Below the pieces are notes generated by a model. It searched no databases and was not told where the DNA came from. It saw only the letters and a program-made list of their open reading frames with translations. From contig OZ076409.1 in assembly GCA_964187785.1 (NCBI GenBank), forward strand, positions 97,962,001-98,026,000: a stretch of 64,000 nt of DNA. The letters are read 5' to 3'. Shown here one piece after another: positions 51,531 through 64,000 of the stretch. This DNA comes from Amphiscolops sp. MND2022 (lineage: Eukaryota). Position 1 is the stretch's first letter. Each line of letters starts with the position of its first letter. Both the position numbers and the translations under genes were made by a program.

Positions 51531-51730
51531 CTGTTGCTGGACTTTCTGTTCTGATACAGTTCCTGGACTAGGATCTCGGCACAGGCGGCAGATTTGGAAT
51601 CGGCTGAGGGCGAAGACGCGGCGGCGGTGTTGAGGGAAGTTTGCAGTGCCACTGCGTTCTGGGCACTCTCGCAGCTCTCAAACTCAATTATTGCTGTGCA
51701 GGTGTCGTCCCGAAACACTATCTCTGCCGC
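51531..51730 (-). CDS. LARP6: LARP6-like gene exon, second half of RRM (phase 0 to 2, probable GC donor)
   Basis: gctgtattaAG|GCG GCA; AAEIVFRDDTCTAIIEFESCESAQNAV...ILVQELYQNRKSSN; donor AAC AG|GCatgt. Confidence 0.8.
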
Positions 51731-52799
51731 CTTAATACAGCAAACATACCAAACTACACACTTGATGAAACATATACACGACTTGTATAGTCATACAACA
51801 TTCGATCAAAAAGTTTTATGCTTGCAAAAGCAGAAGCAAGAACAAAGGGCCTCCCTTTGGGGGTTTTTCGGCACTATGCGACATTTGATTTTTTAAACCG
51901 AAACCCCCTCCTTCGATTTTTAGCAGAAACAAACCGTTTTGCGAGCATGCGACTTACCGAAGAATTGAGAAAAAATTGGGTAAAATGCGGTTTTTGAGTC
52001 TTATGCGTATCTCTTCGGGTATTTTACGGCACTAAACTTGATAAGAGTCTCTTAATAACGTCCATTTGTATATTTAAAAAAAAACTTTTTCTTGATCCTT
52101 GAGCGGGGCACCGAATTTGGCCGTTCACGGCTTAATATCAATGCTAAAGATTTTATTCAAATCAAATCAAACTGAACTAGAATTTGAAAGTGGGAGAAGG
52201 AAGATATTTTTGGCCTCTCGTCTTGAAAATTTTTCCGCCTCTACTGATATTCAATACAAGATTGTTTTTTTTTATACATAGAGAAGAGTTTTTGAAGCTT
52301 TGTAGTTTCAATAGAACTTTTCATTCAAAACGTTGAAACATAAACTTTGGTTGCCAAAACTTTTCCGTAATAAAAAGTGGATTCATCCATTAAAATGAAA
52401 GCCGCTAAGAGACAAAGATCGCAATATTAGGTTGGAAAATTTCATTAAAAAACCAATATCAATTTCTAAAACTATGAAAATTATTTCAATCGTTTGATGA
52501 CGTAACAGAAACTCACACTATCCGCCGCTAACAATTGATCTTTTTTCAATGTTTCCACCAACTATGACACGTTGGGGGGATGGGGTACCCTTTAATTCAG
52601 AGGCGGTTTTAGGATTTTCTCAACGGGTGGGCGGATTTTCAAAATGTGGGGGCGCACCAGTTAAATATTTGAAAGTAGGAAAACTCGGCTCATTTCACCG
52701 ACTGTGACATCAATTCATTCCAAACATCTCTCCATAGGCAGGCGGCCGCCCCCAGCACCCCTTAAAACCGCCCCTGCTTCATAATACCTGTTATGTTAC

Positions 52800-53043
52800 C
52801 TGTATGTGACGACGGACTTCGGTGGGCAAGGGCTTGTCGGGTCTGAGGAGGCGGATGGAGGCGATGTCGCCACACCCCCCAAACAGCTCGCCCATGTGAG
52901 TGATGGTGGCCCCGTGGGGCGGCAGGTTGAACACGACCACCGTGCGACAATCCTTGCCCTCGAAGTCCGGCAGCGGCAGGATGCGCTTCACCTTCGTCTT
53001 CTCCCGGTTCATGATGAAGTTCTCTGGCTTCTGGTTCTGGATG
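52800..53043 (-). CDS. LARP6: LARP6-like gene exon, end of La motif and first half of RRM (phase 2 to 0)
   Basis: gttttgtgtAG|C ATC ... CAG|GTaaca; MNREKTKVKRILPLPDFEGKDCRTVVVFNLP...ELFGGCGDIASIRLLRPDKPLPTEVRR. Confidence 0.92.
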
Positions 53044-53425
53044 CTACACAAAACAACACAGCAACGTTGCCAAACTTACTCCAAAAATTACCAAATGACA
53101 ATAAAGTACGTAATTTGTTTTTCAATATTTTAATTAGTTTCTGTCTCCTTAACCGCACATGCGGTATGCATAAAAAAACATTTTAAAAAATTCTTCAGAA
53201 AATCGCAGTGCCGAAAACCGCTTCCTTTCTTTTCCATACATGCAAAATTTGCGAGCGATCTAGCGTGGGATTCGATCCCGTCTTCTTTCCCAGACGTACG
53301 CTCTAACCACTAGGCCCAGTCAACATTTTTCCCGCTCTCCAGTGGCTAGAAATGGTTGGAAAAGCAAAAAATAAAGACTGACTTCTCTAAAATTAAGATT
53401 TTTCAATTTATAAGAAAGAAGGCAA

Positions 53426-53845
53426 AACAAGCCGGGAACGGCCAAAGTCGGCGCTATATCTGAGGCTCAAAAAGCGAAAGTTTTCAAAATTTTAAAAGAG
53501 GGACCCTTTGGGCATTCTAAAAGTCCAATTTGTTGCAGAAGATCTTAAAAACTGGAGGGGGACCCTTTGGAGACATAAAAAAATTTCGAAAAAAAGTCTC
53601 ACAAAGCCGAAAAAGAGGCGGGGAAAACATCATAGTGCCAAAAAATTGGAAATGAGGACCCTTATGCTTTGCAATGGTTTTGTATTTCATGTTTGGGGCT
53701 TTTGGATGCGTTGAAAATCAAGTACTAAATACTTTTGGTAAAATTGCATAATGCACAAAAAGATGATCGATCGCGTTGAACTGACGAAAACAACTAGCCA
53801 CTGTAATAGTCGGGCACTTTCACAAGAAAAGCGCCGACTAAAAAA
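53426..53845 (-). mobile_element. HINE family A copy
   Basis: aacaagccgggaacggccaaagtcggcgc ... atagtcgggc...gcgccgactaaaaaa. Confidence 0.8.
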
Positions 53846-53972
53846 CAACAATTGACCTCAAGTCACCATTCCCAAGGTAACCTGGGAAAATTTCCTCATA
53901 TTTTTGGAAATGAGGCATAGTTTGGATCATTTGTATTCACTTGTTTCACTATACCATGATTGTCTACTGCTA

Positions 53973-54146
53973 CAGTGGAATCTGGCTAATTCGTATCGCT
54001 AGGGGCCGAATAAAATAGTACGAACAGTGAGAAATACGAATGAAATGGATGATATTACTTTCATCGTCACGAAATGGGGGTCTCAAATCCATACGAATTA
54101 GACGAAGATCCGAATTATCCGGATACGAATTAACCGAAATTGACTG
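53973..54146. mobile_element. TA-flanked Tigger/pogo-like MITE
   Basis: ta|cagtggaatctggctaattcgtatc ... gatacgaattaaccgaaattgactg|ta. Confidence 0.7.
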
Positions 54147-54426
54147 TATTTTAGTTCACTTTTAACATTTATATTTCGCAGATGTATGATTTTAAATACT
54201 GATTTAAATTTATTTTTACTCCAATTCCCAATGTAACATCAGCTCGCTCACTTTTAGAATGAACGCAATAGAATGAACAGGCCAATTCTATGAATGTGAA
54301 ATCATAAGAACAGAACAAGGTATGAAAACCCAGGATTATCTGTTACATTTATACAGAGTTATCTGTTAAGTTTATACAGAACTTTGATTGTCTCCATCGG
54401 GACTAAATAAAAGTTGCGCAGCTGCA

Positions 54427-54732
54427 AAAAACTTGAAAATCATCTATCATTTCCTCATACTTCCAAATTTGCACCTTTTGCAAGTTAATTTGCACCTTTT
54501 GCATTCTTACACCGTTTCCATGTTAAATGACATATCAGATGTTAAATGAACAACCAACAAAAACTGATTGGCTTGCTCTGTAAAAACTTGAAAATCATCT
54601 ATCATTTCCTCATACTTCCAAATTTGCACCTTTTGCAAGTTAATTTGCACCTTTTGCATTCTTACACCGTTTCCATGTTAAATGACATATCAGATGTTAA
54701 ATGAACAACCAACAAAAACTGATTGGCTTGCT
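54427..54732. repeat. 155-bp tandem duplication
   Basis: aaaaacttgaaaatcatctatc...gattggcttgct occurs twice, apparently identical. Confidence 0.95.
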
Positions 54733-55091
54733 ACGGCAAATCTCAACTAAAGTGAACGAAGTGGTAGCTTGAATGAAAGTGTAAGCGAACGCCGCAAACG
54801 ATTTTGTGTACATGTACATATAGCACTGTTTGGTCAGCATTTGTTAAACTTGAAAGCGTCACTAGGATGCTGATATTGTCCACTTGACTCCTGATTGCAA
54901 AACACTCATTTTGGTTGCAGGTGATTGGCTGAAAATTTGGAGCGAAAGCCGAGACGATTCACTTAACATCTGATATGCATCACTCGACGCGGAAACGGTG
55001 TATTTGAAGACAGGCAAAGCTCTCAGCAAACAATTACTAAGTAATACTCTCGCTCGCTTGGTCAATAAACGTCCCCTTAGCAGCTAAAATA

Positions 55092-55552
55092 CAGTACTGT
55101 GATTAAGAAAGCGTCCCTCGGGCAATTTTAGGCCCAATTTTCTCAAAATCGATTGGAAATTTCGAAAAACATCAAACAAAGCTCCTTAGAATTTCATCTA
55201 GTTTACATTAGTATTTTTTAAAATTTTCGAGAAAAAATGAAAGTTACAAAAAGCTGATGTTGAGCAAAATTGGGACTTTTTTGCCGTTTTTCTAACTTTT
55301 GACCGTTTTATGCACAGTTCTGTGGACAAGTTATATGTTCAATTTACTCCCACAAATCTACTGAATTGATGAATATATTTCGATTTCAAAAATGATCAAC
55401 CGTTTTCGAATTATCACGCTCAAAAGGTAAAAATTTCCCCAATTTACATGAATTTCACTCGATGCGCCAATCAAAATTGAAAGTGAGAGCAAATAAACAA
55501 TTTTGATTGACTGAGAACGTCATAGGGGGACGATTTCTTAATCACAGTACTG
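55092..55552. mobile_element. TA-flanked MITE (copies 60781-61232 and ~29110-29737)
   Basis: ta|cagtactgtgattaagaaa ... tttcttaatcacagtactg|ta with shared interior. Confidence 0.85.
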
Positions 55553-57210
55553 TAGATGCTGAGAGGAGAAAATATAAAATTTTCGGTCGGCACAACCGCC
55601 ACGGGCGGTTACAATAATATACCATTCTTTAATAAGCAACTTTACACATCAAGTCACTGAGTCATCTCTTAACTGTAACTGCACTTGTTTCAGAAATAGC
55701 AGCTCAAATTTAGCCATGAATCGTTTGAATATCTGTCGTTCAAGTAGCATTAACTTGAGTCGGCGCTTATTTAGGTTTCGGCCCGACTATCAGTCACTCG
55801 TGTTTCAGTTTGAAAGCCTCCGAAACGCATCTAAGGTAGTGCAAAGTGTTCATTTTTTTCAATATTCAACATAGCATACAAAACTAGACGAGACTAAAGG
55901 CCCCCCTTCGATTTTTTCGGAACTGTGAGATTTTTTTTCGAAAATTTTTTATTGCCTCCAAAGGGTCCTTTCTTCAACTTCTTTGATATTCTGCAACAAA
56001 TTGGATGTTAGAAAAGCCCAAATGGGATTTTACATTTTCGGCATTATGGGCCCTTCAAAATTCTCATTTTTCGTCTGAAATGAGGTTTTCTCAATATATA
56101 TCCACCAATAATGTTTTTCAATACCATCCGAATTTTCGACGCTATATCCAAAGTAAATTGCCTTTCACCAAGCAGGAGGCGGAGGTTCAAAAATATTGCG
56201 GTATATCCGAAATTTTGACGTTATATCCGAAGTAAATTGCGCTTTACTAACGAGGTTCGAAACAAAGCGCTCCCATATGCCGCAGGCTATATCCGAACGT
56301 TTGAAGCGACTCCTAAAAACAAGTGTTTGCTGCTCACCTAGCTTCGGGCCTCAAATATACTACCCATGCTACCCTAGTTGAATCTGTTGGGAAGTTTTAC
56401 ATGTTCTTTGAAGTTGATTGTCACTTTTACCACTTTTTCATTGAAAGGTCGTCGGGTGAAAAAAAGGTACGAGTGCATAAGTAGTCATAAGAGTACGTGA
56501 GCAGGAATAACGTCTAAGGAATAACGTCTAAAGCCAAGTCATTTCATCTTAATACATTGAATTTTAGAAGTTATTCCTTTAAACGTTATTCCCGAAACAC
56601 TTCTAGACGTTATTAGACGTTATTCGCGCCCCTAATAAGAGTAGTTTTGTGACTCCTAAAAAGTATGAAGGTCTAAGTAGTCGAAAATGTTTGCGACTCT
56701 TAAAAACACAGACCCAATAAGTTGAAACCTCCTAACTTGAAATCTTCTAGGATAACCCCTCTTATACTGAAGTATCCTACCGTAGTTGAATGTATTGGGA
56801 AGATTTACATGTTCATTAAGGTTGCCAAGTACTTTTTCATTGAAATGTCCTTGGGTGAAAAAAAGGTCGAGTGCATAAGTAGTCATAAGAGTAGTTTTGC
56901 GACTCCTAACAAGCCGGGAATGGCCCAAATCGGTGCCATGTCTTCCGCTCAACAAATTGTGAAATTGTTGGGGGGGATCCAAAAATGGGGGAAAATAAAA
57001 GCGTTATATCCAAACTTTGAATACGTTATATCCGATTTTTGAAAACGTTATATCCGAACTTTGAAAACGTTATATCCGAACTTTTAAAACATTCTATTCG
57101 AACTGAAATGCTATATCCGAACTAATCTCGGCGAAAAAGTTGAAAAAATGAACAAAAAAGTGGACCATTCAGAGTGAACTGAAAAAAACTACCCACTGTA
57201 ATAGTCGGGC

Positions 57211-57647
57211 TTTTTAGTCGGCGCTTCTCTAGAGAAAAGAGTCGACTATAGTCATGGCTTTTCGTCAGTGTTTTTTTTCAAGACCACCTGAACTGACCAA
57301 AATAGTTCAAAATTTCCAATTTCACCTGTCGGCCCAGGTAACAGAACCAAAAAGTTTCCCGCATAATATACAATGCCGGACGAGACCAAAGGGTCCCCCT
57401 TTCAGTTTTTTCGGCATTGCGAGACTTTTTTTCGGAAAAAAATTCCCCCCTTCAATTTTTTTTGGGTTTTGCGACAGACTGGGTATAGAAAAATCTCAAA
57501 GGGTCCCAACTTTCATTTTTTTTCGGCGTTGTAAGACTTTTTTCAAAAAATTTTTTTAGTGCTGTAGAAGAGAATACTTTGAAACTTTGATGTCCTTTTG
57601 CTATTTTTGAGCCTTGGATATGGCGCCGACTTGGGCCGGTCCCGGCT
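57211..57647 (+). mobile_element. Young HINE family A copy, nearly identical over ~240 bp to the copy starting at 14755
   Basis: tttttagtcggcgcttctctagagaaaagagtcgact ... ggcgccgacttgggccggtcccggctt. Confidence 0.85.
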
Positions 57648-57710
57648 TTTTTGCTTAAGGAAAAGGCGCCGGCTAAAAACAACAAGTGTTGACAAGTGCT
57701 GCTCACCCAC

Positions 57711-57936
57711 CTAAAGGCGAGGGCCCTCCAGTCCTTGGTGAGAGTCTTGATGCGCTTGAAGCTGGAGATGAGTTTGATGTTGACGAAGCCGTCCTTGTTC
57801 TTCAGCACGTGTTTGCGCAGGAAGGCGTCCTTGACGAGGTTGTCGTCCGAAAACAGCACGTTCATCTGCTCGATCAGACTCAGCTGCAGCTCGGCGCCCG
57901 GGGGAGTCCACTCCTCGTCCGAAAAGATGCCGCCCC
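57711..57936 (-). CDS. LARP6: LARP6-like gene exon encoding the La motif (phase 1 to 2)
   Basis: gtgtgctgcAG|GG GGC ... TTT AG|GTgggt; EEWTPPGAELQLSLIEQMNVLFSDDNLVKDAFLRKHVLKNKDGFVNIKLISSFKRIKTLTKDWRALA matches the LARP6 signature FSDENLxKDAFLLKHV...SFKKVKxLTxDW. Confidence 0.93.
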
Positions 57937-60900
57937 CTGCAGCACACGACAAAAATACATGCCATCACATGCTATCCTATCCCTACTGAAACATCCCGAA
58001 ACGGCCCAAGTTGGCGCCCGCCCGCTCAAGTTTCAAAAATGGGCCCCTGAGGGGCACAGTATTATTTCTGCTTTTAGGCTATCATGTTCAATATTAGAAG
58101 CATATCTTAATCATTACTATAGCGCACAACTAATCACTGTACCAGTTTACGCCGCCTTTAATTCTCGGAATAAAATGTAATACTAGACGAAGTTTCGCTT
58201 TCGCATTTGAATGCAGGCGAAGCTCTCGGCGAACAAATAAATAACACTCGTTCGCTTCATCTCAATAAGTCGGCGAACGAAAGCATAATTACGAACATTC
58301 GCACGCTTCCTCTCAATGACATCAGCGTACGAATGCATAATTACCACTCGCTCGTTCCATCGCACGAGAAACGCTTATACTCACTGCCGAACAAAATATC
58401 TGAATTTTTCAGTAGGTACTCGATATCACGACAAAAAGTGAACTGAAAAAAGTTCAAAAATTCAGATTTCAATAATACTCCTGCTATGGCAGAAATAATA
58501 ATAATTCGACAAACTGGATATCAACTGAAAAGATTTCTGTGTTCTAGGAACTGTGAGCGATAGAGAAGCCTTTGAAGAAATTTATTACTTATAGTTATTA
58601 TTTTTTAAAACCTGTATATCATCTCAGCTTTTTGAAAAAAAAACTAGTTTCTACCGGTCGACTGGGATAAGCGCTGGTATGAGTACTTTGTTGTTGTTTT
58701 TTTAGTCGGCGCTTTTAGAAATAAAAGAGCCCGACTATTACAGTCACTCGTTTTTTTAAGCAGACTCGAAGCGACGAACGTTAATTAACTACTGAACGTT
58801 AATTTACTACTAAACTACTGGACCGGCAAACGGGGAGCGCATTAAGATAGTGCAAAGGGTCCCCCTTTCAGTTACTCCATTTCTATCGTAAGATACAAAA
58901 CCGGACGAGACTATAGGGTCCCCCTTTGAGTTTTTTTTCGGAACTGCGCGACTTTTTTCGAAATTTTTGTCTCCAAAGGGTCCCCCTTTCAAGTTTTTTG
59001 GCACTCTGAGACTAGCTCATTCTCTTACTTTTCGATTTTTCGTTTTTTTTTCGAAAATTTTTTAATGTCTCGAAAGGGTCCCCCTTCAATTTTTTCAATA
59101 TTTTGCAACATAATAGATATTTCACAATCCCAAAGGGTCCCTTCTCTTTTAGATTTTTCGGCACTATGAGACTGTTCAAAATTATTTTCTGTCTGAAATT
59201 AGGTTGTCTCAGTATATATCTACCAATATTTTTTCCAAAACTATCCGAAACTTGGACGTAATATCCTGAGTAAAGCGCTATATCCGAATTCTTGACGTTA
59301 TATCCGAATTATAATCCGTTTTACCAAGGAGGAGGCGGAGATTAGAAAAGCGCTCCCATTTGGGTCAGCACGCTATATCCGAAGTTTGATACGTTACACC
59401 CCGCAACAAATTGGATTTTCAAAAACCAAAAGGGTCCCCCCTTTTACAATTTCAAAAAAATTGAGCTTTTTGAGCCTTAGATATGGCGCCGACTTCAGAC
59501 GTTCCCGTCTTTTGTTTGTTGCTACTGGACTGCTGGGATAGTGGATGGTATGGGTTGACTTCTCAGGAAAGCTTAGTGGTACCATATTAAGCAATCTTGT
59601 TCAGCTCATTTAGTTCTGACTGATCTGAAAATACAGCTGCTTCGTTCAAACTTCATCACAGCTGCGATTATTCAGATCAAATCAAAAACGTCGGGGTCAC
59701 CATTTTAGGTTTCTTTTGAAAGTGCCTAATGAATGTCTAAACCTAAACAACCAATGTCAAAATTTCCATGGAAATGAAAGGTCTCTCTGGTCGGCTACAG
59801 CAACCAAAGAAGTAAATTGGAAACATTTCACTCTGTTAAAAAGTATCATTCGTTTCAGAGGTTGAGGAGAGAAAAGGCAAAAACTATTTGAAAAGTTCCT
59901 CCAAGGACTGCAATTTATACCTTCAGAGTAGCACCCAAACTATTTATCCGCCACTGTTTGATGAGCTGAGTGGTGAGTTTTGTACAGGCGGATATTTGTC
60001 GGACAAAACCATTGCTCGGTGAGCATAAAGCTGCCAAATTATATATAGTGCAGTTGAAACTTCGGGAGAAAAGTTAGACTGATGTTTTTACTTATTCATA
60101 GGCGGACCACATGACATTTGCAAAACCTGTGCACCAAGGATGTGAAATATATACCTTCAGTCAGTGAATTTACTCGTGTACTGAAAACCATGTATCGTGT
60201 TTTTTGTATACTTTCCCATAAATCATCGGTATCGTGTACGAAAAAGCATCGCGTACGGTACCGTGTATAGACTGTAAAAAATCAAGTTTATGAAAATTCA
60301 TTCAGAAAACGCACTTTAACACTTTTCCAAATTCGTTGGTAAAAGTCTGTTTCGTCTGTCATCACATCTCAAATTACGAGAAAACATACTTTCCACTGAC
60401 ACAGAACTGACCTGAATGACCAGAACTAGATGTTTGATCCCTTGTTCGTTCCTTTTCGCCAGAATGTCAGGATCATTTCATCCCTTTACGAGTTATTTTT
60501 TGTAGGCCAGCGAGCGTAGGCCGAGTAACTTCTATATTCATTTTGGAAGCCGATGAAATTGCTTCATTTTCTCGTGTAAATCATGTATTTTGAGTAACTC
60601 GTGTAATCAATGCGCATCTTGACCCCGACTGCAAATTCAATTCATTATTAAATGCGCATATAAGAAAGTTCGATTATAAAAAACACCGTGACCACTAGTC
60701 GTTCCGCTGACGTTGGCTATATCCGGGATCCACTTAATGTATTTAAATCCCTGCTATGAAACACTGTTCAAACCACAATACAGTATTGTGCTTAAGAAAT
60801 CATCCCCTTTCGGATTTAGGCTTCATTTTTTCGAAATTGGTTGAAAAATTTCGAAAAACATCAGAAGTAAAAAGTTCTTAGAATTTCATACAGTTCAGAC

Positions 60901-63244
60901 TAGTTTTTTTATTTCTGGGACAAAAAAGTTGTTCTGAGAGTTACAAATGGCTGATTTTGAGTAAAATGGGAACTTTTTACGATTTTTCTAATTTTCAATA
61001 TTTTTGCAAAATTTGTGCTAAATTAACTCCCACAAATCTACTGAATCGATGGATGTATCTTGATTTCAAAAAAAGATGAACCGTTTTTGAAATATCAGGC
61101 ACAAAAGGCAAAATTTCCTCAACTTACATGATTTTCACATGATGCGCCAATCAAAATTGAAAGTTAGAGCAAATAAAGAGTTTTAATTGGCTGAGAACGT
61201 CATGAGGGCACGATTTCTTAATCACAGAACTGTATATAGCTACTCAGTTCACCCCTCGAAACGAATCTAAGAAAACAACTTAAGTTCCTCCGATAGTACG
61301 TTCCAATCGGTGACAAGGCGCCTGTTAATGGAATCTGAAAACGGTTTTGTCTAACAAGGCAGGCGGCTTTTATGTAAAACATGAAGCATCAATCAAAGGT
61401 AGAGCGGGACCGTTAAACTTCATCTCATCCTCACAAAGCAACAATTACAAATTATCCATTTCAGGTCTTTTTTAGTCTCAAGACAGTGGCTGTAGCTTAA
61501 CAATGAGGTATAATATGCAGCAACGGATTATAATCTACAAACCGTATCTCTTCGAATGAAAGTCGCCCCCGAATAAAAGCCACTCTTGATTAGAAGCCGC
61601 AATAACTGAAATTTTTATCCTAATAACCATAGCTAACCATATTTCTTTGAATTTAGGCCGCGAATTCACAGCGGGAAAATTTACAAGCCGCGGCCTCTAT
61701 TCGAAGAAATACGGCATGTTGTATCTCTCACGTTGAATTCTTCGACAAATTTCGTGAATTCGACACTTTTTTCCGCCTTTTCCGTTGCACAGTATTGATG
61801 GTGTTATACGATTCATCCGTCTTGACCTTTACCGAAATTCGGTCCAGAACAGAGGTGTGACAGCGGTAGCGTTAGCGATAATTCAGCATGAATTAGCGAT
61901 AGCGATAGTTAGCGACAAGCTAAGGCGTTACCGAACATTTTCAATCGCTAAATGAACCAAAGAATGCAAAACTAGCTAATGCAATATTTTAGCGCGAATA
62001 TTTCGACACATCATATTGGCCGTGGCTTTGCTTTTATTTTGTACATCTTTTTGTGTTTTACATATTTTTAGTACCTTAGTACTTTCCGCGCTTGATCAAA
62101 TGAAATACGAATAGTATTAACAGAAAGTTAACAATATTCACTGCTGAGTGCAAAACATGCGAAGAACAGGGCCAAGCAAAATTGCCAAATAAGTTTTTTG
62201 TAAATTAGCGATAGCGTTAGCGATTAGCGAACCCATTTTGTCATAGCGAACCCATTTTGTCAGAACTCTTGTTGATAAACATTACATGTGTATTAGTGAG
62301 TGGTTTTGTTTCAAAATCAGACAGTACAAAAGATACAATTTATAGTAAACTGTTTTTTCTTACCCTTAGCCTTAGAATGTAACAGATGAAGCACATGATA
62401 CACGCTGACAAAAAATTTTGAATGATATCCACATTTCAAGTAAGGGGCATGAACTAGATGGTGTCAGAAGACTTGCTACTAGGTCATTTGCTACTGTAGA
62501 CAAAATGCGTCTCACCCGCTACGGTAGAGTAATTTCACTCCTAGTTTTATACAAAACCTTGGGGACCGTGCGAGGCGTTGGTCTGCAACGGTAATGATGG
62601 CCCAGGGTTCAAGGGGGCAATTTTATGACTGAATGATGAGATGGCGCCGATTCGCAGTAAACTACAGAGCCTCATTTTGCAGTGTCAGTAACGGTCCCCG
62701 TATATATAAAAATACTGAAAACTTCAACACGTGGAGGACAGATTTACAAAACAAGACACCGAACTTTATTGAGAAATGGTCAAAAAAATGGAGTAATTAG
62801 TGAAACAATCAACTTTGCTAGGATTTAAAAATTGTCGAATTTTCCGGTTGATCAGATCGTGGATATGCTACAGAAGGATCCAACGGTAGGTTTGATTCTT
62901 TTGCAGACTCAATATCAGAAAAGCTGAATAATAGCCCCTTAGTTGGAATTAGTAGCAGACTACGTAGTAGTAAATGGCTTCATAGCAAAGGTCCTATTAG
63001 CAGATGTCCTGTGTTTCAAAATAACTTTGTTTTTCATACTGTGTGGATTTTACAGATGAAGAGTTGGAATTTTTCGACATCCACTTTGAAATTCCGTGTA
63101 TGCTCCGGAGAAATTTTGAATTTAGACAATCCATTAGTTGCCTTGAATGTTGGTTGGGTTGAATGGCTACTAAAATCGCTGAAAAATTCTGCGCTTGCGC
63201 TCATTCGCTGATTAGCGGTATCAAAACTGTGGTTTGTGTCGTAC

Positions 63245-63328
63245 CTTGTGAGAGATATTCGTTGCAAGACGGTTGACCCTGGTCGTAGAAGGCGTGAATG
63301 AAAGAGTTGGACCCGGTCGTGTTTGTAC
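63245..63328 (-). CDS. Candidate upstream exon of the LARP6-like gene (phase 1 to 1)
   Basis: Modest GC island; gtggtaacAG|GT ACA ... CAA G|GTacga; TNTTGSNSFIHAFYDQGQPSCNEYLSQ joins in frame to GGGIFSDEEW. Confidence 0.35.
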
Positions 63329-64000
63329 CTGTTACCACCCGGCCAGTGTTACATCTTTCATCGAATTATTAAGCACTAGTAAATTTGATTGCTTGTTCAT
63401 GCATCGAGAAATTAATTTCAGTCGACACTGAAATGATTTTCGAGATGCGTGAACAAGCCATCGAATAATCAGCGTAAGCCAAACTTTTGCGTGATAACTA
63501 AATCTGTTAATGCATCGTTAAGTTGATCAATTAAGTGTGGCTTAACAATCCGAAACTTGTCATTATTCGGATTTTTACTCCATTCATATTTTCAAATTCA
63601 TCAAAACATGCATTTACCTAAACTTAGTACTATAACAACTTGTAGGGGACAAATAAAAAATTTTAAAACTAACGAATGATCTGAAACTTTGATGATCTGA
63701 AACTTGTATGAATTCCAGGCACGCCAAGGTGTCCTTAGCTCAAAAACAGATTACAAAATACATTCCCACGTAATCAGGGTAAGATCCTAATCACCGTGGG
63801 AGGGGGGGTGTAACCACCAATAAACCATAGGTTAGAAAGCGCAAAAGTCGAGTTCAATCAGTGGTTTTATTGTCTTTCACTGTCATGTTTCAAAGTGTTG
63901 TTTAACCAGAGCCGCATGTGCGGTGAAGGAGTCGTAAACGGATTAAAATATTGAAAACCAAATAACGTACTTTATTGTCATTTGGTCATTTTTGGGCTAA

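Noticed and set aside
59515..60170. Additional upstream LARP6 exons or promoter
   Set aside because: The candidate acceptor at ~59625 leads to an early stop, and there is no convincing GC island or splice pair.

Overview
Eukaryotic (metazoan-looking; species not assignable from sequence alone), AT-rich, transposon-saturated genomic DNA. (1) One large minus-strand multi-exon gene, a LARP6/Acheron-type RNA-binding protein (La motif, RRM, basic KKRKR patch, long S/G/N/Q-rich tail). Eleven phase-consistent exons can be chained from 57936 to a TAG at 26862 (about 760 codons; start codon not found), with one probable GC-AG intron. A 22-nt microexon candidate (18974-18995) and a 221-nt exon (9617-9837) give a frame-compatible alternative 3' continuation that would leave the window. 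(2) A Bel/Pao LTR-retrotransposon gag-pol reading frame (3926 to <1, minus) that looks uninterrupted but lacks its 5' end. (3) Introns filled with non-autonomous elements: many copies of a DINE-1/Helentron-type (HINE) family, several with an internal tRNA-like A-box/B-box module; hAT elements with 8-bp TSDs; Merlin-like and TA-flanked MITEs; a tRNA-SINE with a (CTT)n tail; CR1/L2 and CRE-like LINE remnants; a second decayed Pao fragment; a 1.46-kb tandem duplication; and a 35-bp minisatellite. No CRISPR, rRNA or convincing functional tRNA. All calls were made by eye, without database searches.
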